DNA of 64,000 nucleotides from an uncultured Alphaproteobacteria bacterium. GTDB taxonomy: Bacteria > Pseudomonadota > Alphaproteobacteria > Rhizobiales > Xanthobacteraceae. The stretch covers positions 97,736-161,735 of the forward strand of contig CAVZMU010000001.1 of the NCBI GenBank assembly GCA_963776455.1. The letters are read 5' to 3'. The translations under genes were made by a program, and so were the position numbers. This document shows positions 59,459-64,000 of this stretch, piece after piece. The notes under the pieces are model-generated. The model was not told where the DNA came from, did not search any database, and saw nothing but the letters and a program-made list of their open reading frames with translations. Position 1 is the first letter of the stretch. Each line of letters begins with the position of its first letter.

Positions 59459-59591
59459 CGCAGGAACTCCCTCTGGGATAAATGCCGCGTGCGCGGCCTT
59501 CGGATTTGCGCCGTTCTTGCAGCGTCCGGAACTGCGGTCAAGACGTGGGCAGGGATGGGCAGGAGGGCTGGCGCCGTTCGTGCAACCGCAG

Positions 59592-59999
59592 TCAGTCCTG
59601 GGATTCACCCGCCACGGCTTCCACCAGATCGACGATGCGGCGCCGCACGTTGGGATGCTTGATGCGCATGAAGGCCTTCGTCAGGGCCAGCCCGTCCGAG
59701 CTCGACAGGAAATCCGCCACATAGGCGGGCGACGGCGCCTCCCCCATGCCGCCCATGTTCTCAGGCGTGGGCGCGCCCTCGAAGAAGAAGGCGACCGGCA
59801 CCTGGAGGATGTGGGAAATCTGCTGCAGGCGGCTGGCGCCGATGCGGTTGGTGCCTTTTTCGTATTTCTGTACCTGCTGAAAGGTCAGATGAAGAGCGTC
59901 CCCGAGCTTCTCCTGGCTCATGCTGAGCATCATGCGGCGCATGCGCACCCGGCTCCCCACGTGCTTGTCGATCGGGTTCGGGACCTTCTTCGGCAACAT
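59592..59999 (-). CDS. XRE-family helix-turn-helix transcriptional regulator
   Basis: Intact 135 aa. [64 protein letters not shown] (Cro/C1-type HTH). Co-oriented with and immediately upstream of metK. Confidence 0.85.
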   Translation of the reverse strand: MLPKKVPNPIDKHVGSRVRMRRMMLSMSQEKLGDALHLTFQQVQKYEKGTNRIGASRLQQISHILQVPVAFFFEGAPTPENMGGMGEAPSPAYVADFLSSSDGLALTKAFMRIKHPNVRRRIVDLVEAVAGESQD

Positions 60000-60191
60000 A
60001 ACGATCTCCTATGGGACCATCTCAAATCATAATATTCACGGTCGGAGACCAGGGCGCAATGCATCTACGCCCCGTTCCGTAACATGTTTGGCGCAATACA
60101 CTGCCGTTTTGTGGTTCCCCCGACGTTTCCGGACAGAATAACCCAACGTCACTTTCGTCAAGGATACAGTCCTTATCATACCGCGCCCCTC

Positions 60192-61793
60192 TCATAAAGA
60201 ACGCCGGAACCGGCGCCGGATGACGATCATGGCGGCCCCCGCGACCAGCAAGCCGGCGAGGCCGTCGCCGGTGCGGACATAGAGGGTCGGGGCGGTCGGC
60301 TGCGGCAGGGCCGAGTCGAGCACGCCTTCGGTCCCCAGCGGCAGCTCCTTGACGATGCGGCCCACCGGATCGATGACGGCCGAGATGCCGGTATTGGCGG
60401 CGCGCACCAGCGGCAGGCCCTCCTCGATGGCGCGCACACGCGCCTGTTGGAAATGCTGGTGCGGGCCGGTGCTGTTGCCGAACCAGCCGTCGTTGGTGAG
60501 GTTGACGAGCCAGCCCGGCCGGACGGTGTCGCGGGGCACCGCCGCGCCGGGGAAGATCACCTCGTAGCAGACCAGCGGCAGCATGGCGGGCGCGCGCGGC
60601 ACCGCCAGGGGCCGGCGGCGGTCTCCCGCCAGGAACCCTCCGGGCATCTTCACGAGCTGGGACAGGCCGATCCCTTCGAGGAGCTGCTGCAACGGCAGGT
60701 ACTCGCCGAACGGCACCAGATGGACCTTGTCGTAGAGGGCGAGCAGCGAGCCCTCGTGGTCGATCACATAGACCGAGTTGAAGGCACGCATCCCTCCGGT
60801 CCTGGACGCCCCCTCCTCCGGCCGCGCCGCGCCGGTGATCAGCACGGTGCCGGGCGGCAGCAGCGCCTTGATCTGGGCGAGCGCGTCCGGCTCGCGCGAC
60901 AGGAAGAACGGGAACGCCGATTCCGGCCAGATCAGGTGGGTGACGTCCTTCACGCCGGTGCGCTCCGGGCCGGTGGCGCGGTCCGACAGCGCAAGATAGC
61001 GGCCCATCACCTCCTGCCTCGCCGCGTACGAGAATTTATCGTCCTGCGGCAGGTTGGGCTGCACGATGCGCAGCCGCACGCCGTCCACGAAACGCGTCGG
61101 CGCTCGGCTGAGCCGCACGGCGCCATAGCCGGCAAGCCCTGCGAGGACCGCGAGGCCGCATAGCAGCGGAATCCACGGCCGCCGCGTGTCGGCGTGGTCG
61201 TCGGCCAGCACTGCCGGCGTCGCGAATACCGCAACCGCCACGAATGTCAGGCCCCAAAGACCGACCAGGGCGGCGCCCTGCGCGAGCGCGAGCGGCTGTG
61301 TCAGGGCATAGCCGATGGCGTTCCACGGAAAGCCGGACAGCACGTGGCCGCGCAGCCATTCTGCGGCGGTGAGCGCGACCGCCAGCGCCAGCACGCGGGC
61401 CGGCCCGCGCGTCCACAGGTAACGCGCGAGACCGGCGCCCGCGGCGATAAAGACCGCAAGGCCGGCAGGAAGGCCGGCGACCGCGAACGGCATCAGCCAT
61501 CCGAAGGTCTGCGCATCGACCAGGAACGCGATCCCGATCCAGTACAGTCCGGCGAGGAAATAGCCGAAGCCGAACCACCAGCCTGCCGCTGCCGCGGCCA
61601 CGATCCCGCCGAAACGCTCGTCGGCCGAGCCGTCGATCAGCCAGACCAGCACCGGAACCGTGGCGAACAGGACCGGCCATGCGCCGAAGGGCGCCAGCGC
61701 CAGCACCGACAATGCGCCGGCCGCGAACGCGATCGCGGCCCGCCGCCAGCCCGAGGCGAGCATGATCCGGTGGGCAAGGCGCGTGAGCGTCAC
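60192..61793 (-). CDS. lnt: Apolipoprotein N-acyltransferase
   Basis: Intact within track ORF 60192..63470. N-terminal TM bundle (WRRAAIAFAAGALSVLALAPF...), CN-hydrolase domain LRIVQPNLPQDDKF...LIWPESAFPFFL...YDKVHLVPFGEYLP...LVCYEVIFP...NDGWFG. Start is GTG 61793 or ATG 61763. Confidence 0.88.
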   Translation of the reverse strand: MTLTRLAHRIMLASGWRRAAIAFAAGALSVLALAPFGAWPVLFATVPVLVWLIDGSADERFGGIVAAAAAGWWFGFGYFLAGLYWIGIAFLVDAQTFGWLMPFAVAGLPAGLAVFIAAGAGLARYLWTRGPARVLALAVALTAAEWLRGHVLSGFPWNAIGYALTQPLALAQGAALVGLWGLTFVAVAVFATPAVLADDHADTRRPWIPLLCGLAVLAGLAGYGAVRLSRAPTRFVDGVRLRIVQPNLPQDDKFSYAARQEVMGRYLALSDRATGPERTGVKDVTHLIWPESAFPFFLSREPDALAQIKALLPPGTVLITGAARPEEGASRTGGMRAFNSVYVIDHEGSLLALYDKVHLVPFGEYLPLQQLLEGIGLSQLVKMPGGFLAGDRRRPLAVPRAPAMLPLVCYEVIFPGAAVPRDTVRPGWLVNLTNDGWFGNSTGPHQHFQQARVRAIEEGLPLVRAANTGISAVIDPVGRIVKELPLGTEGVLDSALPQPTAPTLYVRTGDGLAGLLVAGAAMIVIRRRFRRSL

Positions 61794-61804
61794 GATGATG
61801 CGGG

Positions 61805-62966
61805 TCAGGAGGTCGAGCCGGAAGGGGGACGCGGCGGTTCGGACTGCGGCGTGGTCGGCTCGCCGGCCGCGTCGGGACCGGATCCGGCCCCCTGCGGCAC
61901 GTCGGCCTTGGACTTGGCGGCGCGTTTTTTCTGACGGTCGGCTTCGGCGGCGCGGCTCTTGCGGCTGTAGATGCGGACCTTCTTCACCCGCCGCGGGTCG
62001 GCGTCGATGACCTCGATCTCGAAGTCGTCCGGCCCGGGAACCAGCTCGCCGCGAACTGGGACGCGGCCCACCTTGGTCGACCAGATAGCCGCCCAACGTG
62101 TCGACCTCGTCGGCCGCGTCGCCGACGTCGAACGACTCGCCGAGGGTCGCGACCACCTCTTCGAGGCTGGTGCGCGCATCGGCCAGGAACGAGCCGTCGC
62201 GCTGGCGGATGACGGTGGGCAGGACCTCCTCGTCATGCTCGTCCTCGATCTCGCCGACGACCTGCTCGACGATGTCCTCGATCGAGACCAACCCTTCGGT
62301 GCCGCCGTATTCGTCGATGACGAGGGAGAGATGGATGCGCGTCGCCTGCATCTTGGCGAACAGGTCGATCACCGGCATCGACGGCGGCACGAACAGGATC
62401 TCGCGGACGATCCTGGTGGCGGACAGCGCGACGCCGAGGTTGACGGTTTTGAAATCGAGGCCGGCGGGATGCGGCTTCCTGCGCTTGGCATTGACCTCCG
62501 GCTTCACCGCCGCCTGGGTCGCCATATAGGCGACGAAGTCGCGGATATGCACCATGCCGACCGGGTCATCGAGGGTGTCGTTGTAGACCGCGACCCGCGA
62601 ATGCGCGGCGCTCTCGAACACCTTGATGAGTTCGCCAAGCGGGATGTCCTGCTGCACCGCGATGATGTCGGCGCGCGGCACCATCACGTCCTCGACGCGC
62701 CGCCCGCGCAGGCCGAGCACGTTCTTGAGCATGGTGCGCTCGGCCGGCGAGAACCCGGTGTCGGTCAGCGTCGCGGCGTCGAGCACGACCTCCAGGTCCT
62801 GGCGGATCGACCCGGCCTTCCAGCCGAACAGCAGGCGCGCCATGCGGCCGAGCCAGCTTTCGCCGGCGTCGGGGGCCTCCGGCTCGGGGCGCGGCACCGG
62901 CACGGGAAGGTTCGGGCGCTCGGTGACGACCAGCTCGTTGCGGCTGGGAGTGGTTGTGTCAGGCAT
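61805..62966 (-). pseudogene. corC: CorC/YbeX (TlyC) family CBS-domain magnesium/cobalt efflux-associated protein; one frame change near 62080
   Basis: [11 protein letters not shown]...AERTMLKNVLGLRGRRVEDVMVPRADIIAV (CBS pair)...LVIDEYGGTEGLVSIEDIVEQVVGEIEDEHD...DTLGGYLV; then in another frame TKVGRVPVRGELVPGPDDFEIEVIDADPRRVKKVRI (CorC_HlyC domain). Confidence 0.85.
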
Positions 62967-63537
62967 GGTGGCCGGAAGCGATGTCGCGCGTGGCATGGGG
63001 ATCAGGCACGTCGAGCGTGGCCAGGATCCTCGTCTCAAGACCTTCCATGTCCGTCGCGGCCGCGTCGGATTCGTGGTCGTAGCCCAGCAGGTGCAGGAAG
63101 CCATGCACCACGAGGTGGGCAAGGTGACCGGACAACGGCTTGCCTTCGGCTTCGGCCTCGCGCGCAGTGGTCTCGTAGGCGATGACGATATCGCCGAGCA
63201 GCGCCGGCGCGCCGCCTTGGTCCGCCGCGTCGTCCCGGCCGACCCTGGGCGCCGGGAAGGACAGGACGTTGGTCGGCTTGTCGAGCTTGCGCCAGTCGCG
63301 GTTGAGGATGCGGATCGCGGCATCGCCGGTGAGCACGACGGAGACTTCACCGCCGGCATCCGGTGTCGCCGCGCAGGCGGCGCGCAACGCACGGCGCACG
63401 ATGGTCTCCGCATCGGGCTCGGCCGACCACAGCGGCGACTCGACGGCAATCTCGACGAGGACGCGCGCATCGCCGCCGCCCGGCTGCACGCCAGGCCGGC
63501 CCTTCGGCGAACGTATGGCTGTTGCTCCCACCGTCAT
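62959..63537 (-). CDS. ybeY: rRNA maturation endoribonuclease YbeY
   Basis: Intact. ...NVLSFP...[14 protein letters not shown]...[16 protein letters not shown] (zinc-binding H-x-x-x-H-x-x-x-x-x-H motif). 8-nt overlap with the corC start. Confidence 0.9.
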   Translation of the reverse strand: MTVGATAIRSPKGRPGVQPGGGDARVLVEIAVESPLWSAEPDAETIVRRALRAACAATPDAGGEVSVVLTGDAAIRILNRDWRKLDKPTNVLSFPAPRVGRDDAADQGGAPALLGDIVIAYETTAREAEAEGKPLSGHLAHLVVHGFLHLLGYDHESDAAATDMEGLETRILATLDVPDPHATRDIASGHHA

Positions 63538-64000
63538 TCGGAAGCCTCGCGCTTGCGAACCTTCGCCTCGGCAGCGCCTTCATAGGCCCGGACGATTCGC
63601 GCCACCAGATCGTGACGGACGACATCCGCATGAGTGAACGCGACGTGGCCGATGCCCTCGACCGCGTCAAGCAGCTTCACCGCTTCGTTGAGACCGGAGG
63701 TCTGGCCCGGCGGCAGGTCGATCTGGCTCGGGTCGCCGTTGACCACCATGCGGCTGTTCTCGCCGAGACGGGTGAGGAACATCTTCATCTGCATCGACGT
63801 CGTGTTCTGCGCCTCGTCGAGGATGATGGCCGCGTTCGTCAGCGTGCGCCCGCGCATGAAGGCGAGCGGCGCGATCTCGATCTCGCCGGTCTGCATGGCG
63901 CGCTCGACGATGCGCTGGTCCATCAGGTCGAATAGCGCGTCGTAGACCGGCCGCAGGTAGGGATCGACTTTCTCGCGCATGTCGCCTGGCAGGAAGCCGA
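63534..64000 (-). CDS. phoH: PhoH-like ATPase (YbeZ), C-terminal portion (gene runs off the window end)
   Basis: ...[23 protein letters not shown]...[57 protein letters not shown]...; ATGA overlap with the ybeY start. Confidence 0.88.
   Translation of the reverse strand, partial: GFLPGDMREKVDPYLRPVYDALFDLMDQRIVERAMQTGEIEIAPLAFMRGRTLTNAAIILDEAQNTTSMQMKMFLTRLGENSRMVVNGDPSQIDLPPGQTSGLNEAVKLLDAVEGIGHVAFTHADVVRHDLVARIVRAYEGAAEAKVRKREASE

Noticed and set aside
59459-59591. Possible SAM riboswitch in the metK 5' region (a 7-bp pairing CTGCGGT/ACCGCAG encloses 44 nt, and the short direct repeat GCGCCGTTC(T/G)TGCA occurs twice).
   Set aside because: I cannot match it to the SAM-II, SAM-V or SAM/SAH consensus by eye. 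Without a covariance-model scan the call would be unsupported.
60192-63470. Apparent 1092-aa giant ORF.
   Set aside because: It is a chance concatenation. The first ~170 aa are an out-of-frame read through ybeY. Then comes corC up to its frame break near 62080, then junk, then lnt, which happens to share the frame. The three genes are separate.

Overview
64-kb, roughly 66% GC core chromosomal segment of an alphaproteobacterium. Gene content and order resemble Bradyrhizobium/Rhodopseudomonas-type Nitrobacteraceae, but that is inference from synteny only. The window starts inside dnaA and contains about 55 recognisable genes, almost all housekeeping: rpsT, maeB, two GH13 glycosidases, mutS, a nitrate/sulfonate/taurine-type ABC importer, glnD, a class A PBP, phaZ, a RegB/RegA-type two-component pair, mtnA, pyrE, gcdH, an enoyl-CoA hydratase, irr, fabA-fabB-fabI, pnp-rpsO, the rimP-nusA-ylxR-infB-rbfA-truB cluster, trmB, metK, and lnt-corC-ybeY-phoH. 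I saw no tRNA, rRNA, CRISPR array, transposase, integrase, phage gene or recognisable defence gene. The dominant peculiarity is technical-looking. About half of the conserved genes, including essential infB, pnp, rpsO, fabB and fabI, can only be read by hopping between frames, while other stretches of 8-10 kb are clean. I read this as single-base indel errors clustered in blocks. I label such genes pseudogene, meaning frame-disrupted as assembled, and their coordinates are reconstructed. I found no convincing novel multi-gene system; this is an ordinary core region. The items most worth a second look are: (1) an intact secreted ricin-type lectin protein with a W/G/H-rich segment and nine APVVRR-like hexapeptide repeats, inserted on the opposite strand between truB and rpsO; (2) a YcxB-like membrane gene between infB and rbfA; (3) a three-segment, mutually exclusive pairing scheme in the pnp leader; (4) a 1-kb non-coding spacer upstream of dnaA; (5) several small structured or repeated intergenic elements.
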